Notes: a model not told the origin generated them from the letters alone. Counted from the stretch's first letter, positions 26,478-40,194 are shown. The stretch: DNA of 64,000 bases from Balanoglossus misakiensis (GCA_040954595.2 CM082583.2:12201222-12265221), one strand, 5' to 3'. Program-made: numbers and translations.

Positions 26478-29400
26478 GTAAGTTTGTGAACGGTCATCAC
26501 AGGTGCTATTTTGACAAAAAAAAACTTTTAAGGGTTTGTCAATTTATTGATAAAATGTTGATGCATTGACGGAAGACACCGAGAAATAAGTTTTTGAACC
26601 ATATTTGTAAACTATTAAGTTTACAAGAAATGTGTAGAAACGATAGTTGGTGAACTTGAATGTCAAACAAACTCAGCAGAGGGGACAACACTGATTTTTA
26701 ATCATCACTTTGTAAATTATAATGAGTATAAGCTAAAATCGATAATTATTGGGATAAAATACAAACTATAGGTAGTTTTGTACTGTTATTTTCTGCAGTC
26801 AGATTAATTGTGCATTAATTATGGTGCATCAGAGTTATCCAGGTGGGAAACTTGCATACCGATGAGACTAAAGAACTTTCCCAAAACCATCATGTCTGCA
26901 GTGATTGTAGCTGGTTGTTTCAAAAGTCACAATGGCAGCTTGTGAACATCTTGCTCATTTTGAAGATCAAATAGGCCATGTGCCTGGCAGACATACCATA
27001 TGGCAGTGATTGGTGAAGCCTGTTTTGGGATGGTTCCTGGAAAGCAGAAGAGAAATTCAAATGAACCTGAGAACCGGATGCAGCAATGAGATTCACGACT
27101 GAATTCAGCCAGTACTACTAGATATACTGGGTAGAAGTTATCTAATTTAACTGATGGCATAATCCTTGTGGAATTTTTTGCCATCAGTTAATATTTGATA
27201 AACATTTCTGGTCAAACGTGTGGTACCATATCTGCAGTAATTTTAGCTGCCATGGCTTATCACATTGATTGACATCCAGCTGTACCACTGTTGTGAGCAT
27301 GTCTATCCTCTATAATGTATATATTAATTATATCGATCACGCATGCACACACACAACAGGCTAGGTGTGCCTGTATGTAATTATGTGCACAATGTAATTA
27401 CCTGTGAGCTATAGTAATTAGCAAAACAAATAACCAGGAAATCCATCATTGAATTCTGTGGCCAGTTTTAGATGATGACATAGATATTGTTTTGCAGGGC
27501 AATTTACATATGTTCTCTGCTGGCATCATATCATTGGTAGTCGAGAAAGAGATCACTACCAGCACCTATGAAACGTGTGGATGTTTATGAACAACGCAGA
27601 GACTCCAGACTTTTAGTGCTTTGTTCACACGCTATTTCATCTATCTTGAATAGCTCATTTCAAACATAAGCATTTGTGTTAATATAAATAAGCGTCAGTT
27701 ATATTAAACATTAGCTTTTAATAACTGTTCCTTTAAAGAGTTTGTAGGTTGTGACTGCTTTACTGGTTGTTGTAATCTGCATATTTAAGAGTGGATTTGA
27801 GTCGCATATGGCAAGCCATTTTGGTGAATATTTTACTCATGTTGTTTTCGTTCTTTTTGCAGGTGCGGCCACTGCAAAAAACTTGCCCCGGAATATGAAG
27901 GAGCAGCAACAGAGTTGAAATATGCTGATCCCGCTGTTCCACTTGCCAAGGTAAAATTCAGAATGAAGATGACTGCCTTGTGATAGTATTGTGATCAGAG
28001 CCATTATGCATTGCAATGTCGTGGCAAGGGGAAAAAGCTGGGAGTTAAGAACTGGTTTGTTTGTACAATATGTTGCTGCTACACAGTTGTTACTTGGTGA
28101 CTGTGTCGCACAACTGGGGCACTGATTCAACAGACCTCAGCAAAGAAAACATTCAGTTGCACATGGATGGCATAAAGATGAGTTAACCATTATGGAATTA
28201 TTTCTACATGCACTCACACACATGGATTGACTTTCTATACACATACCCCTTTTTAAGCAGGTAGTCTTTATTTTTTCAGGTTGATTGTACAGCTGAAAAA
28301 GATACCTGTAGCAGGTATGGTGTTAGCGGTTATCCCACCTTGAAGATCTTCCGTGATGGAGAACTTTCCAGCGATTACAATGGTCCAAGAAACAAAGGTA
28401 CATGTATGTAATGGTCTGGCAGGATTTCAATTCAGTATTCCCATAACATGAGTGTCATTCAGTTGGCCTTGCATGGTTCTTAAGAGTATACTCATTGAAA
28501 CCCTGCCCTTTCCACCCAAATTCCTTATACCTATGTCCACCTTCACTATGAGATCAGCAGGTTTAGGCCAGACTCTGGTGTTGCAAGGCTCAGATGCATT
28601 CCTTGCCAAATTAAAAGTGAACAGCTTATACTGACACAGAATTTTTATGAAGGTATTTTATGTTGATTGTCCTTATCATTGCAGAGGGTATTGTGTCGTT
28701 CATGAACAAGCAGGCTGGTCCTAGCTCCAAAGACGTCAAAACTGTGAAGGAAATGGAAACATTGCTGTCTGGAACAGCGTTGGTTGTTGTGGGCTTCTTC
28801 ACTGATGATAGCAGCGCCAAAAAGGAGTTCCTCAAATTGGCTGGCGGTGAGAGGGAGAGCTATAAATTTGCACATACCAGTCAGAAGGAAGTTCTAGATA
28901 AATACAGCTATGAAAAGTAAGTTGCATTGTAGGTAGAAGCATTACTTTTTGCATGACTGCAAAACATATGGGCTACAATAAGACCTTGGCTACTTTACGT
29001 GCAAAATCTTGACTTGTTGGCAAGTAATTCAACTTCCTTTTTGACTCGTTTTCAAGAATTTGTTTACAATGTTGTCTTTCTCTGTTTATTTAGTGGTGAC
29101 ATAGTCATTTTCCGACCTCCACATTTGAAGAGCAAATTTGAAGACAGCGAAGTCAGATATGATGGATCAGCAACGCAAACCAAACTCAAGAAATTCATTA
29201 AAGAAAGCAGGTGGGTATTGATGCGGCCATGCCAGCGTCAAAAGCTATAACAATTCTTGGGTTTTGTTTCAATAGTCCACAAAATATGGAATGCAACCCC
29301 AAATCTTCCTCATTTGCATTTTAAGTGTGTCACACCTGTTGTGCCTTGTGTAAACACTAGTTTTGATTTTCAGCACAGCGCCCATCACCTCAATACATAT

Positions 29401-31259
29401 ATCTGGGACACTGAGCCTTGATTCTCTTCTCACAAAAGAACATTTCTCAATTTCATTTGATTCTAGTCTTGGACTGTGTGGTCACATGACACCAGATAAC
29501 CAGCCTCAATTCAAGAAACCACTGTGTACAGTTTATTATGATGTTGACTATCGTAGAAATGTCAAAGGTAAGTCAATGCTGTTACATTTTTTTTTGCATA
29601 AGTGAAAATTTACACCGCACACCCCTGTATACTCTGTTTGAAATTCAAGATTTGCTCTCAGTGAATGGAAATCAAATCTGTTGTGATATAAACTACCAAT
29701 TGTTGTGGGATGACTTTAGAGAAAGTTTTGCTCATGCTGTGTGTAACTCATAACTGGTACTTTTTTTCCAACTTTTCAGGAACAAATTACTGGAGAAACA
29801 GGTAAGTTGAGACATATTTCTGCTTTGGTGTGTTTCTTTAGATTTACACGCATACACATTGCCATAATAGGTGTAAAGAAAGTATATATTCCCGATGTCC
29901 CTGTATGTACCATTTCTCTTTTTGTTGCATCTCTCAGGGTGATGAAGGTTGGCAAGAACTTTGAAGGCAAGAACATCCACTTTGCCGTAGCCAGTCGCAG
30001 TGAGTTTGCACACGAAATAGAAAGCTTTGGACTGAGCGATGCCAGTACCGAGCTTCCAGTTGTTGCCATAGTAACAAACGAGGGACAGAAGTATCCCATG
30101 CAAGAAGAATTTACGTAAGTAAATTTTTGAGCCTCGTCTTATTTAACATTGATGTATTTTTCAGTTTACTATTCTACCAGGTTAACAGTACCACAGTACA
30201 CCTGTTTTTAGAGCTGTTTGGCAAAGGAATGGACCAATTTTAAGCAAGCTTATGAGAGAGACTACTGGACAGTTACGGGTATTTTATACCAGGGCAATTT
30301 TCCTCATTTCCCGAATCTGTTACATTTTCCCAGGCGTGATGGTAAAGCACTAGAGGCCTTTATTCAGAGTTACCTGGACGGCAAGCTCACGCCGTATCTG
30401 AAGAGTGAGCCCATTCCAGAAGACGATGGTGCAGCAGTCAAGGTTAGTGTCGACTCTTATCAGTGCTCTGCTTGGATTCTCCTGTGGCACTTTCACAAGG
30501 CTGTCTCTGATTTGTTAAATTCGTGTCCGGGTGGACAGGTGTACGCCAGGTGCATTGATGTCATAACCAGTAAGATATAGTTTGAATAACTTGCGGTTCA
30601 CAAGACAATGAATATCCTGTTTTTTTCATGTTGTGCCCATACTGTTGTGTCTTTACAGACAGTGGTAGCAGCCAACTTTGATGACGTTGTCATGGCCGAA
30701 GATAAGGATGTTCTTATTGAATTCTATGCACCATGGTGTGGACATTGTAAAAGCTTAGTACCAAAATATGAAGAACTTGCAGAAAAGGTAATTATTGAAT
30801 GTTATCAGATAGCATTGAACATTGTATATGAAATGATGTGGTCACTATGACATTATTGATCACGCTAACTTGTTCATTCTCTTTCCAGTTGAAAGATGAT
30901 GAGAATATTGTAATTGCAAAAATGGATGCCACAGCCAATGATGCACCATCCCAGTTTGAAGTTCGTGGGTAAGTGTACCACAAATCAAATTCAAGTCGGC
31001 ACTTTATTTTTGCTTTCTTCTCACTTGGAGAAGTATGAATGAGAAAGAGAATGTCTCGTAAATCTTGGTTCACATCAAAACTTTTTTTTGCTTTCTTGAC
31101 AGTTTCCCAACAATGTACTGGGTGCCAATGGACAACAACCCCAAAAAGTACGAAGGCGGCAGAGAAGTTGACGATTTTCTTAAATTCATCAAGAGAGAAG
31201 CAACCAAGGAGGTTACAGTTGCAAAACAAAAGAAAGACAAGAAGAAAACAGAACTATAA
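26344..31259 (+). CDS. PDIA3: Protein disulfide-isomerase A3 (ERp57/ERp60), whole gene, 12 coding exons, 487 aa
   Basis: join 26344-26477, 27863-27950, 28280-28397, 28685-28916, 29094-29210, 29467-29567, 29780-29801, 29938-30114, 30334-30442, 30659-30787, 30889-30968, 31103-31259 = 1464 nt, all GT-AG and in phase. Signal peptide, two WCGHCK sites in a-b-b'-a' layout, ERp57-type [16 protein letters not shown] and YLKSEPIPE, basic tail with KTEL. Confidence 0.96.
27134..27249 (+). pseudogene. Decayed partial duplicate of PDIA3 exon 1 and adjacent intron, inside intron 1
   Basis: GAAGTTATCTAATTTAACTGATG..CATAATCCTTGTGGAATTTTTTGCC aligns with exon 1 GATGTTATAGACTTAACTGATG..CATAATGCTCGTGGAATTTTTCGCT, with an internal deletion. 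27225-27249 also echoes about 26887-26913. Confidence 0.6.
27863..27950 (+). CDS. PDIA3: PDIA3 exon 2
   Basis: [29 protein letters not shown]; canonical splice sites. Confidence 0.95.
28280..28397 (+). CDS. PDIA3: PDIA3 exon 3
   Basis: [39 protein letters not shown]. Confidence 0.95.
28685..28916 (+). CDS. PDIA3: PDIA3 exon 4
   Basis: [15 protein letters not shown]...VVVGFF...YKFAHT...YSYE. Confidence 0.95.
29094..29210 (+). CDS. PDIA3: PDIA3 exon 5
   Basis: [18 protein letters not shown]...LKKFIKES. Confidence 0.95.
29467..29567 (+). CDS. PDIA3: PDIA3 exon 6
   Basis: [33 protein letters not shown]. Confidence 0.95.
29780..29801 (+). CDS. PDIA3: PDIA3 exon 7 (22-nt microexon)
   Basis: ttttcag acceptor, AG|GTAAGT donor; GTNYWRNR, required for frame and homology. 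Confidence 0.93.
29938..30114 (+). CDS. PDIA3: PDIA3 exon 8
   Basis: [19 protein letters not shown]...LPVVAI...[10 protein letters not shown]. Confidence 0.95.
30334..30442 (+). CDS. PDIA3: PDIA3 exon 9
   Basis: [36 protein letters not shown]. Confidence 0.95.
30659..30787 (+). CDS. PDIA3: PDIA3 exon 10
   Basis: [43 protein letters not shown]. Confidence 0.95.
30889..30968 (+). CDS. PDIA3: PDIA3 exon 11
   Basis: [27 protein letters not shown]. Confidence 0.95.
31103..31259 (+). CDS. PDIA3: PDIA3 terminal coding exon 12
   Basis: [51 protein letters not shown] then TAA. Confidence 0.95.
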
Positions 31260-31265
31260 AACTTT

Positions 31266-31721
31266 AATAAAGTATTTCATTTTTTTTATAGTAAACAGCT
31301 CTTGGAGGCTCCGCCTTTTGTTTTCAGCAGTTCATAGAAACAAATTATTTTTGTCAATTTGGTTTCCCTTTTTTTGTTCATTGTCGCAACAGTGAGGTTT
31401 CTTTACTTCTATTTTAAACTATTGATGTGTATATGGTACTATTGTATGCTTGGAGGAGGGTGGTGTTTTATCCATCTTGTGGTATTGGAGCGTTCACCAG
31501 ACTCTATACCTTATTTTGGGGAAGACCCTGGCTATCATGAAACTTGATTGTAATTACCAGGATATGTTCATCATTGTCTTGTCGGGATACTGAATTGAAA
31601 TACAAATTGATATATAAAAAAAACAAGTGCATTGTTTGTGAATTTGTTTTTGCGTCTGTGTGTGTGTGCGCCTGCTTGCATGTGCAGTGAAACCGATGAG
31701 CTGCTATCACTTCAAAATAAA
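31266..31721 (+). terminator. Candidate PDIA3 polyadenylation signals
   Basis: AATAAA at 31266-31271 (followed by a T-rich tract) and at 31716-31721; a third at 32119-32124. Confidence 0.45.
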
Positions 31722-32370
31722 CAGACTGCCACTGATAAAATCACTGGCATGGAGGTTGGCCAATCTGACCATAGAGGGCGTTGTTGGCCAAAGGGTGAAC
31801 GTACTGTATTCACATTTAATATACAAGCATGTGTTGTATTCAAGCTTCATGATATGAACTGTGTGTATGGTCACAATCACTCGATCGTCCGACAGCATCA
31901 GATTTCTCTTCCCAATAGGCTCCTATCTTTCTTTAAATTCTGTTGTTTTGTTTTGTTAGGGGGGGGGGGTTGTTTAACCCCACGTTACCACTTCATCATT
32001 GTAGGAAGTTTTATTGCATAATCTCCATTTGTTCCATTAACATTTTGTATTGAGGGTGTTGCCAATGATGCAAGTATAACGGTGCACGGGGAAGGACCGT
32101 AATTCACTTTGCCACAAGAATAAATTGTTTTGTGTAGTAGCGCCACCAGGCTCGGATTGGCAGATACTAGGATCTCACAGGTGAAATCAGCAGACCCCAA
32201 AGCTGAGCACTTGAGATACTCGCATCTGCTCTCCGAATATATCAATTCGTGAGAAATACGTCGGGAGGCACAGAAACCATTGCTTGAATGTCTCAAAGTA
32301 GAAAAATTATTCGAGGACACTTGTTCACAGGGCGCTGCCATATTTATTGAGGATTGTGGGATGTTTCATA

Positions 32371-32443
32371 CATGCGCATGAGCACTGAGCTTCAAAATGG
32401 CGGAGCTGATGAGGAGTATACGATAACCCTAGTTGAGGTCAGT
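32371..32443 (+). promoter_or_regulatory. Probable promoter and first (likely non-coding) exon of a large unidentified downstream gene
   Basis: NRF1-like CATGCGCATGAGCA from 32371, YY1-type CAAAATGGCGG 32393-32403, short ORF 32397-32426 (MAELMRSIR*), donor GAG|GTCAGT at 32438, then a CpG-containing T-rich intron start. Confidence 0.6.
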
Positions 32444-35400
32444 TTTATCAGTTTTCATGCGTTTTATTCGTTTTCCCAGGTAACTTCTATAATTTTTCAA
32501 AAGGTTAGATGTTGCTTCCGCAGTGTTTGAAGTTTTCACACTATCTTATCGGTTTTGCTGTTTTAACTTGGAAGTTAGACTTTCGGTGTGCGATCGCCCG
32601 ACTTTTCTGTGGGGTACAGCTGACAGCTCGGCCTTTGTTGTTTGTTTATAGAACTTTTGGTGCCCCGGACTCCCTTCGCGTTCTGCCCTGACTGTGGCGA
32701 AAGTCAGGTCATTTCAGACCTGTGCCAAACCCATAGTTTTCCCGACTTTTGCACACTTCTGCAACAATTCGTCAAATTTGTAGTAAACCAAAACATCGTG
32801 CAAAGGTCAAAGACGCCATATTTTGAGGGGCGGGAAAACCCTCCTTCAAAAACTGTGAGTTTGTTAGATTTTAGTCACAAAATCAGCCAGGATTGTCCCA
32901 CAAGTGTGTTCACGAGTAGCGTTGTATATTTCAAGGCAGATAGTTGTCTATTTCACACCTACAGTGGCCCATTGTACCTATGACCATACGTCACTCACGG
33001 ACCAAGAAATGTACAGCACTCAATGTATTTCCAGCACGCAACCAAAATTTATTCCAGAAATGGTAGACACACGTTACAAATGATGGTATATCATTCACAG
33101 AAAACTCACCCCACCACTTTGTAGGTTTAACGGAGAGGAGTAGGCCTCCAAAATAACCGTCCGATCTTCTACGGACCATATCACTGCCACAACGGAACCG
33201 CACGGCACGGTTGTCCGCAACGAAATGACTCGAAGACCCGTGTGGCATCGGTCTTTTATAGTATGTGCCAGGTGGTTGTGATGCAAATGCAAATTACAGT
33301 GCGCAGTACATGTGCGATAATAACCGATCAATAAACGTCATTCAAAGAGCCCAACTGAAACAAAAGCAAAACATGCATAAATTTAATTTCACTTGTCACA
33401 TACCGTTACATTGAAAGTGACCCGATTGTGGCCAGTTGGTTGTTGTTTTCAAACGTGGTTTTACACAGCTTTTCGGGGGGAGTACGCCTGTAATGAACCA
33501 CGGGGGACTTTTTCTTGAGTTGCACCTTCCCCTGTTGTGGAAGTATTCATGTTATGAAGGGCGTTTTCAGGGAAAACGGAACAGCTTTAGAAGACCATTT
33601 TTTTCTCAGTACCACCAAGCGGGAGACAGCAAATGAGAACAGAAAATTGGTCTCCCAGCCATGCGTGACAGCCTTGCCTGCGTGGGACATCACAAGTTTA
33701 CATAAATTCTAAACACATGTGCAGTTACTCACAATAAAATTTAGTGGAGTCAAATTCTTGCAGGTTCCTTTTCCTTCATTACTTTTCTAATTTAATCTGT
33801 TCACGGAAGATGAAGGCTTGATTTCAGTACCTGCTGATTTTGTGTATATTCTGACAGTGAACTGTAAATGTATGTTTATTATTTCCCCTGACAAATGTGG
33901 CCAAACCACTAACTGATCCGGTCAGCATGGCATGGATGTCTAGACTCGGGTTTCTCCCGTAGACATTCCTGTGATTCTGGTCCATCCCAATTTGTTGTGT
34001 AATTATCCAATTACAACCTTCAGTATGGCTAGTATCATGACATGGTCATGGAAAGTTGAGTATGCTCTCCAAAAATCATGTGATTGTGGATAATGGAGGG
34101 TCACTTAGGTGTATTCCACAAATATAAATAAACATGTTAATTTTATGCAAAAGCATGCAAATGATATGCTAATATTATATCCGCCCCTGTTAATTTCAAA
34201 GCCTGGAGAACCCTGGGATTACATTGGCTTTCTGTATAAGCTATGGCAGATTTGATTCTTGTCTGCTTCAGTAAGTCTGAGCTAAGATCTGGTGCAGAAT
34301 CAATTATTAAAGTCTTTCATTATCATTATCAGAATGATAACAAAGAACTGGGTTTTTTTATTTGGGGGGGGGGGGGTGTTGGCAGAAGGTGTAGAGAAAA
34401 AAAGCATTTCTTCTTCAATGCCTTAAGTCGAAAAATAGGACTGGTAGATATTAAATGGTTCCCCCTTATTGCAGAATAGGGGAATGTCAAAATCAGTGGT
34501 GCATGAGATACAGTATATAGGCTTATCACTGTTAGTTTGCCAAAGGATATCAATTTCAGCTCTGTTTACTCTTCATCTATTAACTCTATTTGAAGTTTAA
34601 CAGAACACAATGCCAAAGTCGATTATTAACAAAATATTGATGCAGGCTCTTTCAAGTAGAAGTAAAAGTTGAAAGTGGGAAGCTGCTACAACAACAGGCA
34701 TTTTCAACACTTCCCCCCACTTTGCATTGATTTTATGTTTTGCCTCTGTACAAGTTTCTTGCTGGTAAACTTTCTTAAGTGCCACTTGTGTTGTTTTGGT
34801 AGCAGTCTCTGCTACAGTTGCCGTATGGCGAAGTGTGTGAATGCTTTTCCTGTTGAGCTCATAAGTCACAGGTATTTTTCCATGTGCACTGAAGTTGTTC
34901 CAGGTAACATCAGTGGTGATAAAAGCATGGTTTGGCAATGACTGATTCAAAATATGCAGCCTGTTGGCCGTTCAACCATGAAAGAAAAAAAGAAATCTGC
35001 TGTATAATTGACTTGGGATTTGTTTTATCAGCAAATATTGACTCGGTAAACACACCCCAATTGTCAGTAGGACCTTACAGTTAAACAAATTTGAACTTCT
35101 TGATGTGGCTGTATAAGACAACACAGTGCCCTTTTTCAAGTACACTGTATTGACACTGTTGGTGCTGTTGTAAGAATTAATTTTGATTTCTAACTCTAAA
35201 CCGAGAACAATGAATGTAATTTTAGCCTTGTGTTTGATTTAGTTTGATGGATTTTCTTGTTCTCTGTATGTCTCCTCAGATAATCAGATCAGATTCAGAC
35301 CTTCCAATCTGCGCTATCAGATAACCATGAAAAAATAGTGTGGTTGGATGAACTTTGGGTGAGACCTGATATCCCTGTACAAGTCCCCAATCCCAGCCGA

Positions 35401-38400
35401 GAGAAGTCCTGTAGTCCTGTAAGTTGTTGAGTTTTAAGGGAATTTTTTTTCCATGGAGTTTCACCAACTTGTGGCGTGCACATGCTAGGTCAGTGATTGC
35501 ACAGCAGTTATGGTGAAGCAGTTATGGTATTGAAAAATGCAGAGGTCAGTGGCAAGGGTTTTTGGCCAATCAGGGTTAACTTGGTGTTGATTTATGACAT
35601 GGGGCCCCTGGCAATGCCTCTTCTGGGTAGCCTGGCTGCTCTGTTTATGGTGTTGATAAGTTCCATTTACTCTGCCCTGGTCTCCTATTTGATGAACTGT
35701 GTACACCCAGCTCTAGTAAAATAAATAAATCTCCACTGAGTCTGGTGGTGTCTCTCTGCCATGTTAGGTTCAAAGCAATGGGTCAGACTGGAGAGAGAGA
35801 GAAAAAAAGTTGCTGGGTACACATGGTTTGAAAAAACTGGACACTGATTCTTAACTTTCACCAGCAGGAGTTTTTGTGGGACTTTTCCACTGGAGTGTGT
35901 TTTTCCCTGTGAACTTTTTATAAAACATGAATCAGACGTTTAACCAGCGCTGAAAGGTATGAGTGTTTATTATTTATGTTGTGATGACAGCTGTTTTCAT
36001 AAATATTGAGCGGGGAAATACAAGCTCCAATTACAGTCGCGCCATTTTTTTTGGCGTAGACGCAGCCTGTGTACAGTTCTTCCCTGTCATTTTCTGTCCT
36101 CACTGATCGCTACTTGATGAGAACATTTAGAAGTGTTACACAGGCTACAATGAGCCAATTAACTTGTAAAGATACAGTCTTCTTTTGTTTTCCAGCTTGT
36201 AGGTGCACATTGCCAAAGAAAGCCTTGCATTGTGTTTTGACATTGCTCAGTGAATTGAAAGACTTGTGTAACACGTTAAAAAGGTCCGATTGGGTGATTG
36301 TTGGGTTTTTGTGTCCGTTCATCAAAGGGAAAAGAGCTTTCCATTCACTGCATCCATATTGTCAGCAGCATAGAAATGTTGCAATTTTGAAAAGACAGGG
36401 CAACAAAAGAATGACAGGTGCTGTACATGTATGTCCGCCGTGAAGGAAAAAATGAACGAGCTGGTCCATCCCAACGCAAGGTCAAAGTTAAATTAACATT
36501 CTTTGGCCGGAGTCATGACTTGAGGGGCAAGGAATTTGGTTTCCAATTACCTTTTCTCTCTGGTCGATGTGCTTGAATCGATGATGGAGTGAAGTTAGGA
36601 GTGTTCTCGGTTTGTTGGTGACAACACAGCGATACATTAGAACATCAGTAGAAAGTCAGGTACGTTGTTGAACACATATGCAGATCAAAACAGGCTTGTA
36701 TCCCGCGCCCCTCCCCCTCCCCCACTCCCGCACATGTTAGCATACTTTTCTGCAATGACAATTATGTCCATAGAACTCCATATTTTGTGATGCAGTTTCA
36801 ATTTTTTTTGCTAAGGTTGGGGTAGGTTTCATTTACATGTATAGACAAGGCATCAGACATTGACAATACCGGTATTGCTGTTACAGTATACAGTACTATG
36901 GAATGGTACATACACAGTGTTACTTTTCACTTGAATGGGTACATTTCAGGATGTACTTTCACTTGAATGGCACTGGTACATTCTGCATGAATGTGTCCTA
37001 ACCCTCTTTATTCATGATTACGACATGTTGATGCACAGACACAGACAACCTGTTTAGCTGTCTGTATCGCTTCGGATGTTACATTGTACCTTACACGAAT
37101 GCATGTAAACTGACTAGAATTCCCAGTCCATCTTGTGTACCCCCCCCCCCCCTCCCTCAGTCCCTTTCCACCCCAAAGCCCTTCAACCCTCCTGTCTGGC
37201 CAATTTTATAAAGTGCAAAAGTTCTAACCATTTCGCCAGTTGTTGATCGGCAAACTTGGCATGGTTGATGTGCTTTGTGTGCACCATGTCTGCACAGGAC
37301 CAGTAGATGTATGCCATTGTCCAATGCTCGGAAAGCCATCCCATCACTCTGACAACACACCAATAATGCAATCAGAGTACTTTTTGACATCACATCTCGT
37401 CACATTACAATCAATACCATTGTGTTGCACTCCAGATTGTAATGACATTATTGCGCTAATGTATCATGTGGTTGTGTTCTTAATAACAGTGACTTGATTG
37501 TCAATAAATGCCCTTTGATCTTGCATTTCTCAAATGTTCAGATTTTAGATGTGAAGTATTTTCCGTCCAAACAAATCCTGATGTTGGACATCTGTTTAAT
37601 ATAAGCTTGCTCAGATCAATCCTCTATCAGTTCTGATCACTTCATTTTGGATGATCATAAATTAACCATTGAAGTTCTGCTCACGTATTTTGTTGTGGTG
37701 GTCACCTCACAGTGCATGATTTCTATCTTTTCAGTTTGGATGTTTTATGGCACCTCACATATTGATTAATGTCAATGAAATACCTGTTCTTATCTGGACG
37801 ATCCAGAAGCTTGCCTAAATGTGGTCGAGTAATCAATATCGACTAGGGCATGTGGAACCAACAGTTCGTGCTCTGCTTTGAGCTGGTTGTGTACTTGTCT
37901 GGATCCTTTTCAAGAGATAGCTGGCCCTATCAATCTCGGGGATTCGACTGGCATTTACATAAAACTCCTGTATATCTCGGCAGTTAGCCAGGACTGTCTT
38001 GGTTAATAAAAACAGGCGTTGCGATGCAAACGCCACTTGTAATAACTGGCTGGGTTTTAATTAGGTTTGTGAACTGAATCAGAGTGGGATTAACTGAGAT
38101 ATCAAATGGTGATTGTGATAACCTTGTTGACAGCCTTGCATTGGTCCTGGAACAAATCCCCTCTTGCAGCCGACTGCCCACTCGGGTCGCCGTTTCAAGT
38201 GTTTTGGGTGGCAGAGTGCACTCAAGCTGTCGAGTCACATTGGTCAGTCTGTGTACTACTAGTCCTACATGTACATGCAAATCCACTGCGTAATAATTAT
38301 TTGCGATCATCATTCACCAAGCATCTTCGACCGTGTTTGTAATGTCACATGGATATTGTATCTGTACAAAAAAAATTATGATTCATCTGAGGTTTTCATC

Positions 38401-40194
38401 AAATTCTGAAAATTGAAGACACCGCAGCTGATAAGTGATTGAATGGTAACATTGAGTGTTTCTTGGATCTCCTCAGTCATCATTAGATTAATGGAAATTC
38501 AGAAAGGATTTTTTCTCCCAGCCATGGTAACATCATTAATCTCAAGTAGAATGGTAAATGAATCAGATAATGATGGAATGGTACACCTAATGTGGCTTGG
38601 AATTAATCACTTATGGTCAAATTACTTTGTGTTCACAGTAGTTGTTTTTTTTTCAACAAGTTATTAGCAGGCTTTAGAGGAGACTTGTAGAGTGTGTGAT
38701 TCTGATCATCAATGGGGTTTACATCAGACAGTTCATACTGGACTTGCGAAGGTGTAGGTTTTACGGTGGCCCACATCAACCAGTTTAGACATGTTACATT
38801 GAACCAACACCAGCTCATGGGGCTTTCATACAAAATGCTGAATCATCACTTATTACAGCTGTACTGAAACTCTGCATAACGGGCCGTAACCTTCAAATAC
38901 TTCTATGTCACTCTTGCTGGGGTGACCAAACATTATGACATGGAGGTATTTATGTGTTATGTCTACAAGAAGGATTCGAGTACAGCTTTGAGAGCCAAGA
39001 GATGTATGTGTGCCACTTTGCACACCAATGTAAATAATTTCTCACATTATCCAAAACAGAAATATCCAAAATATTGTCAAAAGATAACAACCCCACTTCA
39101 GCAAGTATGTGTTGACAGAGCCAAGGGACCTGTCACCGTTCAGTTGTGTTGAGCGTAATTAAATTACAGAATTCATAAAAATTTTCACCATTGAAATAAT
39201 TGGCTTGTCATGAACACGCCTCTGAGACATTCTTCAAAGTTAAAAAAAATTAATTTAATTAAAAATTAATCTTTCGTTCTTGTTTAGGTGTGAAGAACAA
39301 ATAAAGTTACTTAACCAGACAAGAAAATATGAATGAATACATGTCTTCTTTTGATTATGAGGAGATAAAAATAGAGCCTTCATTCCTGGCTTGGTTTAAT
39401 CATCAACTCGCTTCCCTGTTTTCTAGTCTGGATTTTACTTCGTCACCACGAGCATGTCCAAACAGTCTCAACTCCGATAATGCACTGTGAAGTGCTGCAG
39501 AGACTAGAGCTGTTTGTTTCTGCCGAGAGTGATCTGTGAAATCGATTTCTTCTCCCCTCTGCTTAATTTGAATTCACAAATGTAGATTTAAAAGGCCACT
39601 CGATGGAAAATATCAAAAGTCGGCTGGACAGGGCTTGAACAGGTGTTCTTGACGTGTAGAACATGATAGATGTGTTCACCCTGTCGTGTTTGCATGTCAC
39701 TGCTACCTGTAGTGTTAAGACTGTGGAACTCTTGTCATAAAAAAATGTTGGTGGTTTAAAATGCAGATATTTATTAACGGCTATCCATGGTTGATGTCGA
39801 TGTGTTGATTTTTACCATTGTAGAGTATTTGTGATTGATATACATGTATGACACCCGACTAGAACCAGTTTGTCAGTGACGAGCTTTGTTCGTATTGCTG
39901 TTCTTCACCTTAAAATCTGTCTGTTTCCCCCAGAAGACAACAGCTATCCCCTTTCACGTTCTCACCAGCAGATGGCCAAGACCCTGAATGTCTTGTTTTG
40001 TCCCGAGGCTTTATAGAGAAACAGGATTCAGGGACATCATCTCATGAATGATTCATAGTTGTCTCTTTCAAAGAAATCCATGAGGACATGTACAGCATCA
40101 CACTGTTGCATGTTACGTTGATACCCGACACCCAATACATGTATAACACTTGTGGAACCAGTCTGATATTATTCAAACTGTTAGACAAGTCCAT

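Noticed and set aside
39329-39490. 53-aa ORF MNEYMSSFDYEEIKIEP... after an acceptor-like site at 39287
   Set aside because: Short, ends in a stop without a convincing donor, and has no recognisable homology.
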